This document shows positions 28,845-39,341 of a stretch of 64,000 nt of DNA, one piece after another. A program made the translations under genes and the position numbers. Source of the DNA: a virus; IMG/VR virus record IMGVR_UViG_3300032240_001333, positions 1 through 64,000 of that record, one strand, 5' to 3'. Positions within the stretch are counted from its first letter, which is position 1, and each line of letters begins with the position of its first letter. A model generated the notes under the pieces. It was given only the letters and a program-made list of their open reading frames with translations. It was not told the DNA's origin and made no database searches.

Positions 28845-29073
28845 AGTACTTTGTTACTCATGTAATAAATCAAAAAATAAGCTAAATGTAAAAAAGTCTA
28901 GTTTACTAGCAATTAATTTATTAATGTGTGAAGGATGTATTACATCTAAATTTGAACCACGTTGGTTAATTGTAATTGCTGGAAGACAAAATGGTGCGGA
29001 TTCAGTAAGAGAATTTGTATTAAAAAAGAAGTATGTTGGAAATGAAATCTCTGCTTCTGAATTATTAATTTAG
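28837..29073 (+). CDS. Zinc-binding hypothetical protein
   Basis: CYSC...CEGC. Confidence 0.6.
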   Translation: MDKVLCYSCNKSKNKLNVKKSSLLAINLLMCEGCITSKFEPRWLIVIAGRQNGADSVREFVLKKKYVGNEISASELLI

Positions 29074-29102
29074 CAAACATTTACGGTATAATATGATATA
29101 TA

Positions 29103-29411
29103 ATGACCCTAGACCTGAACTCTATAATTATTGCCATAGCTGCAGCCGTATTGTCTGGCATGGGAACGGCAATTATTGCTGGATTGAACGATAATAAAAA
29201 AGAAAAAAATAGACAAAAAGAACGAGAACAAGATCAATTAAAATTAGAGGTTAAAGATCTTAAAATTGAATTATATCAATTAGAAAAAGAATTAACTGAC
29301 TGGAAAGATAAATATTATGATGCTATTCAGGAATTAATTTTAATTAAATCTGAGCTTGAAAATGCGCTTAGAGACCTTTCTGAGGTGGAATTTAACGAAA
29401 AAGAAGACTAG
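29103..29411 (+). CDS. Membrane-anchored coiled-coil protein
   Basis: N-terminal TM segment then heptad repeats. Confidence 0.65.
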   Translation: MTLDLNSIIIAIAAAVLSGMGTAIIAGLNDNKKEKNRQKEREQDQLKLEVKDLKIELYQLEKELTDWKDKYYDAIQELILIKSELENALRDLSEVEFNEKED

Positions 29412-29443
29412 ACCTTCGAATTTATAAATAGTATACTAGTACT

Positions 29444-30013
29444 ATGACTGCCGTAGTAGCCCTAATTCATGAAAATAAAGTCCTCTTAGGAGGAGATGCT
29501 GCTGCATCCGATGATAAAAGTGGTTTAATTTTTTCTAGAACAGATCCAAAAGTATTTAAAGTAGGACAATTTGGTATTGCATTTGTTGATAGTTTTAGAA
29601 TGGGACAAATTTTACAATACAACTGGATCCCACCAGTTTATAAGCCAAGTGCTGGATTTAAAAACTTAGATAAATTTATGAGAACTAAATTTGTAGAGTC
29701 TATCAAAGAAGCATTTAAAGAAAATGGATATGGAAACCAAGTTCCAGGATCAAGCGAAGATGGTGATGAAGGCGGAGTATTCATTATTGCAGTTCAAGGT
29801 GCAGGCAGAATTTTTACAATGGATTCAGATTTTCATATAGGTGAAGCAGATTTACAATATATGGCAGAAGGAGCAGGACAAGAAATAGCTTTAGGTTCAT
29901 TATTTTCTACCACATCTATTAAGACCCCTCGTAAACGTGTTAGAATGGCTCTAGAAGCCTCTGCCAAGTTCAACATGTCAGTCAGACCCCCATTTACAAT
30001 AATTGAAGTTTAA
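29444..30013 (+). CDS. Ntn-hydrolase protease (HslV/proteasome beta-like), leaderless
   Basis: Thr after the initiator Met, GGD, KVF lysine, AEGAG loop. Confidence 0.75.
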   Translation: MTAVVALIHENKVLLGGDAAASDDKSGLIFSRTDPKVFKVGQFGIAFVDSFRMGQILQYNWIPPVYKPSAGFKNLDKFMRTKFVESIKEAFKENGYGNQVPGSSEDGDEGGVFIIAVQGAGRIFTMDSDFHIGEADLQYMAEGAGQEIALGSLFSTTSIKTPRKRVRMALEASAKFNMSVRPPFTIIEV

Positions 30014-30027
30014 AGTATAATAATATT

Positions 30028-30240
30028 ATGGATGATATTGGAGATTTAAGCCCTAAGAATTACTCTCAGGCTATGGATCTAAGAGGTACTCCAACACATG
30101 TATGTCCATGCGGTTGTTTTGTATGGAATGTTAAAGTAACTTTTTATGATTATGAAATTGTTCAATATTTTTTAGATATGGAATGTGCAAACTGCGGAAG
30201 CTTAGCAACCGCCCCAACACCAGAGGATAGGCCAGAATGA
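30028..30240 (+). CDS. Zinc-ribbon protein, leaderless
   Basis: CPCG...CANCG. Confidence 0.6.
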   Translation: MDDIGDLSPKNYSQAMDLRGTPTHVCPCGCFVWNVKVTFYDYEIVQYFLDMECANCGSLATAPTPEDRPE

Positions 30241-30439
30241 GAAAATCAGAAAGACTAAGACTACTTGAAATGCAAATTATTAAAATGGAATTTGAATTAG
30301 ATTTATTAAACAATATGCTTGCAACTTTATTAGAAGCCAACAACCTTGCTCAGCCACAATTAGATGCTGGTAAGTGGTATCAAAGAAGGCTAGATAAAAA
30401 CTCTTGACATATACCCTACTAATTTAGTAGAATGTAGAC

Positions 30440-31372
30440 ATGAATAAAAAATTAATAACTGCAATTTCAGCGGTAACTTTAATGCTACCAATTACATTTA
30501 TTACTGCAGAGGCTAAGGCGGATACACAAGCCCCTGCAGTTGCTGTATTAGATACAGCCTTAGATACTTCATTACCAATTTTTAAAGATAGAATTGCATA
30601 TGAAGTATGTATTTTGGAATGGGCCTCATGTCCAAATGGTCAAAAGTTTATGGAAGGCACAGGATCAACAGTGCTTCCATCAAATATTATTTTACAAAAT
30701 GGGTTTGATCATGGAACACAAATGGCATCAATTGTTGCCAATACAGATCCAAACGTTAAAATTGTATTTGTTAGGATTATTGGAAATACAAAAGCTGGTG
30801 CACGACAAACTACTAGCGAATCAACTGTAGCGTTAGCATTAAAATGGGTATTAGATAATAAAGATCGTTTTAATATTCAAGCAGTTTCAATGTCTCAGGG
30901 TCATCATAATTTAACTACTTTAACTGATTACTGTCCTAAAACAACAATGACTAAATCATTAGTAACATCGTTAATGCAGGCACAAATTCCAACTTTTTTT
31001 CCTGCTGGTAATGGAAGGGATTATGAAAGATTAGATTGGCCAGCATGTATTGACGAATCAATTTCTGTTGGAATGACAGATCAATATTCACAAATTGATA
31101 ATTATTCTAATTATGATTTTAAAAAATTAGATTTTTATGCTTTGGGTAATTTATTAGTAACTATGCCAGGAGGTATTGTTAAGTATGCTGCTGGCACTTC
31201 AGCATCGACACAAGTTGCAGCAACTACTTGGGTAGCAGTTAAAAATAAAAATCCTAATTTAACTTATCAACAAATATTTGATATTCTTTCAAAAACCTCA
31301 ACCTCAACTAGAGGTTCTAGAGGACAGGTTGGTAAATTAATTGACTATAAAGGAGCATTAGATGTCAGATAG
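30440..31372 (+). CDS. Secreted subtilisin-like (S8) serine peptidase
   Basis: Signal peptide; VAVLDT, HGTQMA, AGN, GTSAS triad. Confidence 0.88.
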   Translation: MNKKLITAISAVTLMLPITFITAEAKADTQAPAVAVLDTALDTSLPIFKDRIAYEVCILEWASCPNGQKFMEGTGSTVLPSNIILQNGFDHGTQMASIVANTDPNVKIVFVRIIGNTKAGARQTTSESTVALALKWVLDNKDRFNIQAVSMSQGHHNLTTLTDYCPKTTMTKSLVTSLMQAQIPTFFPAGNGRDYERLDWPACIDESISVGMTDQYSQIDNYSNYDFKKLDFYALGNLLVTMPGGIVKYAAGTSASTQVAATTWVAVKNKNPNLTYQQIFDILSKTSTSTRGSRGQVGKLIDYKGALDVR

Positions 31373-31571
31373 AATGACAGTTCTTGAAGAAATTATTAAA
31401 GAAGTTTCTGCAGAGTTGTATCAAAAATGGTACAACGCAATGCCAGAAGAAGAAAAAAATGAATCTTCATCTGAAGCTTTGGCTAAAAATGCTGGAGAAA
31501 CCACATTTTTTGTAGTCCAAACTTTTATGAATAAGTTTAATTCAGCAGCAGAAGAGTTAAAAGATAAGTAA
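31362..31571 (+). CDS. Hypothetical protein
   Basis: AAGGAG RBS. Confidence 0.55.
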   Translation: MSDRMTVLEEIIKEVSAELYQKWYNAMPEEEKNESSSEALAKNAGETTFFVVQTFMNKFNSAAEELKDK

Positions 31572-31876
31572 TGATAGAGATTACAGATCTAACATTTACC
31601 GATCATTTATCTCAACATGATATACTAGTAGTTGATTTTTGGGCCACATGGTGTAGACCATGCAAAATGTTTTCCCCAATTTTAGAAGAAATTGCTAAAG
31701 AAAATAACATTTGGATTGCTAAGATTGATGTAGATGAAAACCCAGAATCTGCTCAAAAGTATGAAATCTCATCAGTACCAACTACAATAGTATTTGAAAA
31801 AAAAATGCCAGTTAAAACAATAATTGGTGCAAAGCCAAAACATCAAATGCTTGAGGAATTAAAACAATGGCTATAG
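31571..31876 (+). CDS. trxA: Thioredoxin
   Basis: VDFWATWCRPCK, SVPT. Confidence 0.92.
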   Translation: MIEITDLTFTDHLSQHDILVVDFWATWCRPCKMFSPILEEIAKENNIWIAKIDVDENPESAQKYEISSVPTTIVFEKKMPVKTIIGAKPKHQMLEELKQWL

Positions 31877-32089
31877 AATTTCTTGATGTTCAATCTTGGT
31901 ATGAATATGGTCGCAAAAAGAATTGGGTATCAGAAGTATTTTGTGATACACATGAAGGCCCTCCATTAACTGATGAAGAGGCTAAAGATTGGGAAGAGGG
32001 CGGAGATCCTTGCTCTTTCCATATTAAATTATGGGATCAATAGAATTCCACGCCCATAAGGGGTGGATGTTAAAGGAGAAAAAAAATAA

Positions 32090-33706
32090 ATGAGTTCATT
32101 TAAAGATATGTCTAAACTGAAGCGTATAGCTATCGCTACAGTTTTAGCATTGACGTTTGGTGCGTTATCAGCACTCCCGTCTAATGCAGCACACAATGCA
32201 GACACCTTATCACTTGATACTAATTCAACTACAATTATTGCTGGTGAAACAGCAACCGCAGTTGCATCTGTATCATTTTTGGCAACAAACTCAGGAGATA
32301 CAATTACATTGACATCTTCTGTTGTTAGCTTACCTTCAGGTGCTGCACAATTGGCAGTTCTTTCTGTAAAGGAAACTACTAGTGCAGTTGTAACAGTATC
32401 AGCAGATAAATATACTGCAGATATTTCATCAACAACTAATAGTCTTACAGCAGTATCTGCTAAATTAAACTTAAATCTTGTTGCTCCAAGCGTTGCTGGA
32501 ACATACGTAATTAAGTTAACACCTACAGTAAAAGGTGGCGGAGGATCATTAAATTCATCTGCAGTCCTATGGTCAGTAGTAGTAACAGCAAAAGATGTTT
32601 ATGCATCTGCTTCAACAACTACATCAATCATTAATTCAGGTGAAACAATTTCAGCAACTACTGATGCAACAGTATATGCTTCAAAAACAGTATCTTCCGA
32701 TGCTGCAGCAGTTATTGTTGTAACACAAAAAAATGCTGCTGGATCTTCTGTTGCAGAGTCATTAACAGCAACTGTTTTAGGATCTGGTTTAGTTGGTGCT
32801 GGTTCAAACCATGCAACAATGTCAGCATTGGGTCGCTCAATTTCAGTTAAAGCTGGAGATTATATTGGTGTATTTGCTGACGGTACTTCTGGTACTGGTG
32901 CAGTAACTATTACATCACAATCTGGTGTAGTACTAGCAACAGAAAAAATAACATTCTATGGTGATGTTGCTAAGGTAGTAACTACTGTAAAGAAGCCTGT
33001 AATTGCTACAGGAACAACAACAGATGTTCTATCTGCAGTAGCATACGATGCTAATGGAGTTATTGTAGGTTCTGGAACTCTTACTGCAACATCTTCTGAT
33101 CTAGCAGTAATTAGTAATTCAGCAACATCTGCTTCAATCGTAAATGGTGAAGCATTATTCCCTCTAACTGGTGTAAAAACTGGTGCTGCAGGTATTGTTG
33201 TAAAGAGCGGATCAATTTCTGCAGATACAGCAACTGTACGTGTAGAAGGAACTGCTGGTTCAGTTAAGTTAGCTTTTGATAAGGCTACATATGCTCCAGG
33301 AGAAGCAGCATTAATTACAGTTACAGTTCTTGATACTGTAGGATTAGTAATGTCTTCAAAGACACAATCTAATCTATTTGCAGATGGTGGAATTGTTTCA
33401 AGTTATGCATTCTCATCAGGAGATACCCTTACTGCAGTATCTGTAACTACAGATGCTAATGGTGTAAAGACATACAAGGTATTTATGCCAGCAACAGAAG
33501 GTGCTGTTACAATTACAGCAAAAGGTGGAACATTGCTTCCAGTTGCATCTCGTGTAGATGTAACCGCATCAGCAACAGTAGTAAACTCAGCAACAACTGC
33601 TCTTACTCAAATTGCTGCTTTGGCTGCTACCGTAACATCTCTTAAGACTTTAATTAATACCCTTATGGCTATTATTTTAAAGATTCAAAAGAAAGTTAAG
33701 GCCTAA
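32090..33706 (+). CDS. Secreted Ala/Thr/Ser/Val-rich surface protein with Ig-like repeats
   Basis: Signal peptide, beta-rich repeats, amphipathic C-terminal helix; strong RBS and terminator. Confidence 0.65.
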   Translation: MSSFKDMSKLKRIAIATVLALTFGALSALPSNAAHNADTLSLDTNSTTIIAGETATAVASVSFLATNSGDTITLTSSVVSLPSGAAQLAVLSVKETTSAVVTVSADKYTADISSTTNSLTAVSAKLNLNLVAPSVAGTYVIKLTPTVKGGGGSLNSSAVLWSVVVTAKDVYASASTTTSIINSGETISATTDATVYASKTVSSDAAAVIVVTQKNAAGSSVAESLTATVLGSGLVGAGSNHATMSALGRSISVKAGDYIGVFADGTSGTGAVTITSQSGVVLATEKITFYGDVAKVVTTVKKPVIATGTTTDVLSAVAYDANGVIVGSGTLTATSSDLAVISNSATSASIVNGEALFPLTGVKTGAAGIVVKSGSISADTATVRVEGTAGSVKLAFDKATYAPGEAALITVTVLDTVGLVMSSKTQSNLFADGGIVSSYAFSSGDTLTAVSVTTDANGVKTYKVFMPATEGAVTITAKGGTLLPVASRVDVTASATVVNSATTALTQIAALAATVTSLKTLINTLMAIILKIQKKVKA

Positions 33707-33716
33707 ATAAATTAAT

Positions 33717-33750
33717 ATTGGGGCAAGGGAAACCTTGCCCCTTTATTTTT
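33717..33750 (+). terminator. Intrinsic terminator
   Basis: GGGCAAGG-gaaa-CCTTGCCC then T tract. Confidence 0.8.
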
Positions 33751-33896
33751 AAAATGGTAAAATAGATTTATGGACTACATAGAAGACCAAATTCGAGAAA
33801 AAATTTTGCAGGAAATTAAATATTTAGAATTACCACACGAATGGAAACCGCAGGAAGTAATTAGCTATATAGTAAATAAATTAAGTAGGGGGAATT

Positions 33897-34115
33897 ATGG
33901 ATAGTAAAAAAAGAAGTTTGTATAAGTCAATAACTTGGCCATTAGTACATATGGCATTTGTTGGTACATTAGTATATTTTTTTGAAAAAGTTATTACTGG
34001 TGAGGCACATTGGGAATATGCTGGGGGATTTGCAATAATTTATACATTATGTGAAATGTTAGGATTTTTTTTACATGAAAGAGTTTGGGCAAGATTTGGG
34101 AAAGGAGTAGAGTGA
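33897..34115 (+). CDS. Small membrane protein (DUF2061-like)
   Basis: DSKKRSLYKSITW...FFLHERVW. Confidence 0.7.
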   Translation: MDSKKRSLYKSITWPLVHMAFVGTLVYFFEKVITGEAHWEYAGGFAIIYTLCEMLGFFLHERVWARFGKGVE

Positions 34116-34254
34116 ACTTAGTAAGTAAAGCAGAAAATCCATTAGTACACAGCATGTGTGAAAAAGGAAATTGTGAAAATAAAGCAACTAGAATCATTAA
34201 AGATTTAAATGTTTACACATGGGTTTGTGAAAATTGTTATGGAATATATAGACC

Positions 34255-34878
34255 TTGATAAAAAATATAAATAATAAAATTTATATAATTGAAAATTATA
34301 TTTCTGAAGGTACTTCTAAATTTATAACAGACGTATATAATGAATCACTATATGATTCTCCAAGCTATCAAATTAAAGGCGGACCATCTTTAAAACCAGA
34401 TGACGGATATACTTTTCAATGTGGTAAAACAATTGACCAATATAATGGAAATTTAAATCACGATGTAGCAGTAGATATATTAACTATGATTTGTACATCA
34501 ATGACTAAAACAATATCAGATTTTGCTGATAAGCAAATGGATATTAAAACTATGTTTTATGGACTAATGCTTCCAGGATCTAAAAATGAACTGCATTCAG
34601 ATAATTACTTAGAAATAAACAATGAGGATAGTCTTAGACAAAATTCAAAAGATGATTGGTCTGGATTACTGTATTTAAATGATTCATATGAGGGTGGACT
34701 TTTAGAATTTCCTGAAGAGGAGTTTTCAATAAAACCTAAAATTGGTACATTTATATTTTTTAAAGGGGATCATAATTTACCCCATAGAGTTTCAGAAGTA
34801 ACAGGCGGATCTAGAAATGTAATAATATCCTTTTTTTGGCCAAAAGAATACCGTGGTTTAGACACTATTTTAGGCTAG
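34255..34878 (+). CDS. 2OG-Fe(II) oxygenase
   Basis: HSD...YLNDSYEGG...HRV...R. Confidence 0.87.
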   Translation: MIKNINNKIYIIENYISEGTSKFITDVYNESLYDSPSYQIKGGPSLKPDDGYTFQCGKTIDQYNGNLNHDVAVDILTMICTSMTKTISDFADKQMDIKTMFYGLMLPGSKNELHSDNYLEINNEDSLRQNSKDDWSGLLYLNDSYEGGLLEFPEEEFSIKPKIGTFIFFKGDHNLPHRVSEVTGGSRNVIISFFWPKEYRGLDTILG

Positions 34879-34957
34879 TAATTTCTTAAATGCTATAATA
34901 GACCTATAGATGGATTTCTAGACCCATCTAAATTAAACAACCTATAGGAGAAATAAA

Positions 34958-35158
34958 ATGTCAGACGGTATTAATACAACAGGATTTACAGACCCAAAAG
35001 TTAACCCATCATCACCATGGGCAACAGAGTCTTACACAGAAGCACCAGCTTCTGCTTTTCCAGCAAAAGATATGTCATCACAAGGCAATGCAGGATTAAA
35101 TGGAGAAGGATCTTCATCCGCTCTTCCAATTTCTGGCGCAGACGAATCGGATATGTAG
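34958..35158 (+). CDS. Small low-complexity protein
   Basis: Own promoter and AGGAG RBS. Confidence 0.6.
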   Translation: MSDGINTTGFTDPKVNPSSPWATESYTEAPASAFPAKDMSSQGNAGLNGEGSSSALPISGADESDM

Positions 35159-35160
35159 TT

Positions 35161-35316
35161 ATGTGTGAAATGTGTGGATGCGGTAGCCAAGAATTTATGG
35201 GCGTACCATTAAAATCATTTTCAGATAAAGATATGTCGGCTCAAGGACAATCTGGAACAACTAATACAATGGTTAATTCTATTGAATCAATGAGAGAATT
35301 TGGAGCAGGAAAATAA
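35161..35316 (+). CDS. Small protein starting MCEMCGCG
   Basis: Start placed right after the upstream stop (ORF track 35017..35316). Confidence 0.55.
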   Translation: MCEMCGCGSQEFMGVPLKSFSDKDMSAQGQSGTTNTMVNSIESMREFGAGK

Positions 35317-35455
35317 TGTCAGATACAAATGTAACTGGAGAAGCTCAGGTTATCAGATCGGGAAATATGTTTTCAACTGATTCACAAGATACCCTTGGAA
35401 CTCAAATGGAAATGCCTTTAACTGCAGCACCTGAAGTAGAAATTAATAACAAGTA

Positions 35456-35686
35456 ATGTCATCATTTAAAAAAGATGACGGTACTGGAATGCAAGCACCA
35501 GCCGAAACTGGAGCAGCAGGAGCAGTTAGTTCTTCTCAAGTTGGACGAAAAAATCCATCACAAGGAAAACTTAGATCAGGAATTAATGATCAAAGATCAA
35601 TGACAAGAATTGATCGTAATAAACATGGTATTCGTAGAGAAACAAATCTAGGTGCCAAAAAAACAGGTAGACCAAAGAAAGTATAG
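35456..35686 (+). CDS. Small basic low-complexity protein
   Basis: C-terminal KKTGRPKK AT-hook-like motif. Confidence 0.55.
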   Translation: MSSFKKDDGTGMQAPAETGAAGAVSSSQVGRKNPSQGKLRSGINDQRSMTRIDRNKHGIRRETNLGAKKTGRPKKV

Positions 35687-35796
35687 TTTATGTGCACAAA
35701 ATCAATATCTAGTTCTTCGGAGCTAGATATTGACATTTTAAATACCATAGACGATCAAATAGATAAAGCCGAAAGTACGGGATTAATTTAATAATT

Positions 35797-36591
35797 ATGA
35801 ATACAATAACTACTATTGATTTTCCTGGATATGATGAAATAAAAAATAATTTTAAAAAATACAAAGAAATATTTATTAATAATAAAATAATAGCATTTCG
35901 AAATGCAAATATTGATTTTAATATGCAAACCAAAATAATGCATTTATTTGGAGATAATTTAGGATGGTATCCTAATTCAAATAATCCAGAATCATCTGAT
36001 TATATAGAAGATCATCATAAACATATGAATAATAATAATACTAATAAAAAAGATAGTATTATGTTAGCTTGGCATCAAGAACATGTTGCTACTACTGGCA
36101 AGCCATTAGTAAGTGGATTATGGAATATGACTTTATTTAACTGTAACCCAGACACTGGAAAAACTTATTTTATAGATATGTCAAAGTTTTATTATTCTTT
36201 ATTAAAAGAAGATCAATTATTTTTAGATAAATGTAAAGCAATGGTTAACATAGAAGATTCATTTTTTATATACGATGTAGTTTCAAACCATTGGATAACA
36301 AATGAAAAAGTATTAAGAACATATTTTGATGATGAAATAGTAGAATTAATTGAATTTGATTCAAAAGAGCCATCAGAAATAGAAAAAAATAAATTTAATT
36401 ATTTATCTAAATATATTTCTAATGAAATTAATTTTAATGAAGATATAAAAATGCAACATATATGGCAACAAGGAGACTTATTAGTTCCTGATTTATTTAA
36501 ATTAGCACATGCAGTAAGTGGTGGATTTAATAAAAATGAAAGAAAGCTAGAAGGAATGTTTGGTAAGTTAGAACCTTGGGGTAAAGGTTAA
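35797..36591 (+). CDS. TauD/TfdA-family dioxygenase
   Basis: WHQE, G.TYF.D, H.WQQGDL...D....H. Confidence 0.8.
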   Translation: MNTITTIDFPGYDEIKNNFKKYKEIFINNKIIAFRNANIDFNMQTKIMHLFGDNLGWYPNSNNPESSDYIEDHHKHMNNNNTNKKDSIMLAWHQEHVATTGKPLVSGLWNMTLFNCNPDTGKTYFIDMSKFYYSLLKEDQLFLDKCKAMVNIEDSFFIYDVVSNHWITNEKVLRTYFDDEIVELIEFDSKEPSEIEKNKFNYLSKYISNEINFNEDIKMQHIWQQGDLLVPDLFKLAHAVSGGFNKNERKLEGMFGKLEPWGKG

Positions 36592-37151
36592 TAATTTAAA
36601 GCATAGTCTTTATCATTAGTTAACCAAAATAAAACTGCATATCTTGTACTAGATATTTTTTTAATACAATGATCATACTCTGGTTCAGTAGAAGGCCAGC
36701 AGACCAAGTCTCCCTTTATAGATTTATATTTATAATTAAAATATGGGAAATATAGTTCGCCATCTTTTATTGTATCATTTAAATAAATAGCACAACTATA
36801 TTTAAATTGAGTATTATTGCCATTATCGCTATCATTATGCATATCCAAATGAGAACCATCTGATTGTTTGGCCAGCCAAAAAGAATTAATATATAATTCA
36901 TCATTATAATTAAATTCATTTTTTACTTTATTGATTACTTTATTAAAATATTCAATAATTAAATCTTTTATTTCATCAATTCCCTCTAAATACTCTATAG
37001 ACTCTTTATGGTATTTATCCTTACCAAATAACAATATTCTATATTTATCATCTTGATAAGAAACAAATTTATTTAAATTATTATCTATATAATTAATTAT
37101 TAAATCTGCGGACCGATCATCGATAAAATTATTAAATATTTTAATATTCAT
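36588..37151 (-). CDS. 2OG-Fe(II) oxygenase
   Basis: HND...YLND...GEL.FP...H...R. Confidence 0.87.
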   Translation of the reverse strand: MNIKIFNNFIDDRSADLIINYIDNNLNKFVSYQDDKYRILLFGKDKYHKESIEYLEGIDEIKDLIIEYFNKVINKVKNEFNYNDELYINSFWLAKQSDGSHLDMHNDSDNGNNTQFKYSCAIYLNDTIKDGELYFPYFNYKYKSIKGDLVCWPSTEPEYDHCIKKISSTRYAVLFWLTNDKDYALNY

Positions 37152-37184
37152 TATTATATTATATCATTTATGCTATAATATAAT

Positions 37185-37742
37185 GTGAACAAAAAAGAGT
37201 TAATTCCAGGCGTAGTCGTATATTCAGATATTAACGATAATTTAAATTTTATTGATTTTATTATAAATAGTAATCTTTTATGGCAGCAGTCCCTATCAGT
37301 TATAAATAATGAAGAGGTTTATGATGATAAAAGAACAAGCAAATATATATATATTCCTCATGAACAAGAAAGCAATAATAGTATTCAAGAAAATTTGAGA
37401 CAAAAAATTATAAATTTTTCTAAAGAAGCTGAAGAAGACTACAAGAATGAATATGAAATTCAAACAAAATTTCATGATGGATATTCTATATTAAAATATG
37501 AAAAAGGAGATAAATGTGCTGAGCATATTGATAATAATGAAATTAATCCTAGAACGATTTCTACTGTGTGGTATTTAAATGAAGACTATAAAGGCGGGGA
37601 AATATACTTTCCTAGATTCAATTTAAAATATAAACCTTTAAAAAATGAATTATTAATATTTCCATCATTTTATGTGTATAACCACGAAGTATTGCCAGTT
37701 ACAGAGGGAACAAGATATTCCATTGTAAGCTGGTTAAATTGA
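37185..37742 (+). CDS. 2OG-Fe(II) oxygenase, leaderless
   Basis: HID...YLNEDYKGGE...HEV.PV..GTRY. Confidence 0.9.
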   Translation: MNKKELIPGVVVYSDINDNLNFIDFIINSNLLWQQSLSVINNEEVYDDKRTSKYIYIPHEQESNNSIQENLRQKIINFSKEAEEDYKNEYEIQTKFHDGYSILKYEKGDKCAEHIDNNEINPRTISTVWYLNEDYKGGEIYFPRFNLKYKPLKNELLIFPSFYVYNHEVLPVTEGTRYSIVSWLN

Positions 37743-38024
37743 TTGACTAATCTGGTATAATATTATACAATTACTAGATGTTAAATAAAATCATATGTAA
37801 AATATGGGGGCACCCCATTTTTAGAGCAACCTCATGTCCATTTACAATGATGAATTATCTTGTATGTGATAAATGTGGTTATATGAAAGTGGTGAGATAA
37901 TGAAGATTGTATTATTTATAGGTTTAGCAATAGCAATAACTATTGGAATATTTAATTTAATATATAAAAATGTTTTAAAAGACTATCAAACATTAGATTT
38001 AACTGGTAAGTCTTGGGAAGAGGA

Positions 38025-38255
38025 ATGAGAAAACTCCTTGATGGCAAAATAGTTAATTCTTACTTTGACCCAATAGATTTAACTATTCATACCAAAGCCC
38101 CAGGCAAATGGAAACTAATTGATATGGAAACTGGTCAGGAATATATAGGATCGGATACAATGACTCAATACGGAATGTGGATCAGAGTTAAAGAGGCGGC
38201 AACACCAGGAAACATGGATATAGTAAAAGCTAAATATGGTAAGGATTGGTCATAA
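38025..38255 (+). CDS. Hypothetical protein
   Basis: ORF 38013..38255; likely start MRKLL. Confidence 0.5.
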   Translation: MRKLLDGKIVNSYFDPIDLTIHTKAPGKWKLIDMETGQEYIGSDTMTQYGMWIRVKEAATPGNMDIVKAKYGKDWS

Positions 38256-38522
38256 TGGGATTAAAGTTTAGAAGCCCAATATATTGGGAATATAAATTCA
38301 ATGGTTCGGTAAATAAACTCTGTTATACCTGTGGTGTTAGATATACGACTACCTTTAAAAAGATAGAGAAAAAAAAAGATAAATGCCCATATTGCAAATA
38401 TAGAGAGGCAATCTAATTAAACAGGATTATCCAGAAGAATATACTAATCCTGGATTTAGCATAGCCAAATGGTCAGACGATGACGATTGGCATCCAATAA
38501 CTCCATTTAGAGGAAAACTAAG

Positions 38523-39341
38523 ATGAATTCTAGTAGATTTGTTTTACATGGTTATACAATAAACCCGATAACAGAAGCTAAAACTTTACATAGTATAATC
38601 AATGGTTTATGTTCATATGAATATAAAATAAGCCATATTTGCGATTTTGATCCAAATAGAGTAAAAAAACATATAAATTATTTAGGTTCACCTATTAGTG
38701 TTGCTAAAATTGAAAAAATTCAAGATAATGATAAAACAGGTTTAATTGCAACTCAATTTTTAACCAATGGATATTTTACAATAAAAATATGGGAAAATAT
38801 AACTCCATCACTAGTGCGATTTGATTTATATTTAGATGAAAAATTAGATGATATTGATTTAATACTAGACCACCTAACATCTCCTGCTATACCTGATGAT
38901 GGATTAGGTTTATTTGATTATACATATTCACTGACCCATGATCAATTTCATAAGCATCCTTTGCAAAAATATGATAAGAAAATGTCTTCTTATTTTATTA
39001 ATGATAAGATTAAATATGAGGACGATGAAATAAATTGGTCAATTACTTTAAATGAGTTGGATAAAATAGAATGTCATTTTTGTAGTAATGCTGCCACACA
39101 ATGGATTATAATTAGCCCACCTTGGTTAAAAGAAGGTGAATTTGGCGAAGATTATAACTTTATAACTGTAACTGTTTGTTCCAATTGTGTTTCTAGGGGA
39201 AGAAAAGGAGAAATTATAAAAATTAAAAAAGATAATATGAAAATTATTACTACTTCAGATTTAAATTATTTAAAAGTAACAGAAATAGATGAATTTGGAA
39301 ATAAATATACTAGAAATGATCCACAAGATAATCATGAATGA
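38523..39341 (+). CDS. Degenerate SAM-decarboxylase-like domain fused to a zinc finger
   Basis: GLIATQFLTNGYFTIKIWE...LVRFDLY resembles the SpeD core; CHFC...CSNC at the C-terminus. Confidence 0.4.
   Translation: MNSSRFVLHGYTINPITEAKTLHSIINGLCSYEYKISHICDFDPNRVKKHINYLGSPISVAKIEKIQDNDKTGLIATQFLTNGYFTIKIWENITPSLVRFDLYLDEKLDDIDLILDHLTSPAIPDDGLGLFDYTYSLTHDQFHKHPLQKYDKKMSSYFINDKIKYEDDEINWSITLNELDKIECHFCSNAATQWIIISPPWLKEGEFGEDYNFITVTVCSNCVSRGRKGEIIKIKKDNMKIITTSDLNYLKVTEIDEFGNKYTRNDPQDNHE

Noticed and set aside
34958-35158. Pup (prokaryotic ubiquitin-like protein) mimic
   Set aside because: Similar size and disorder but lacks the C-terminal GGQ/GGE
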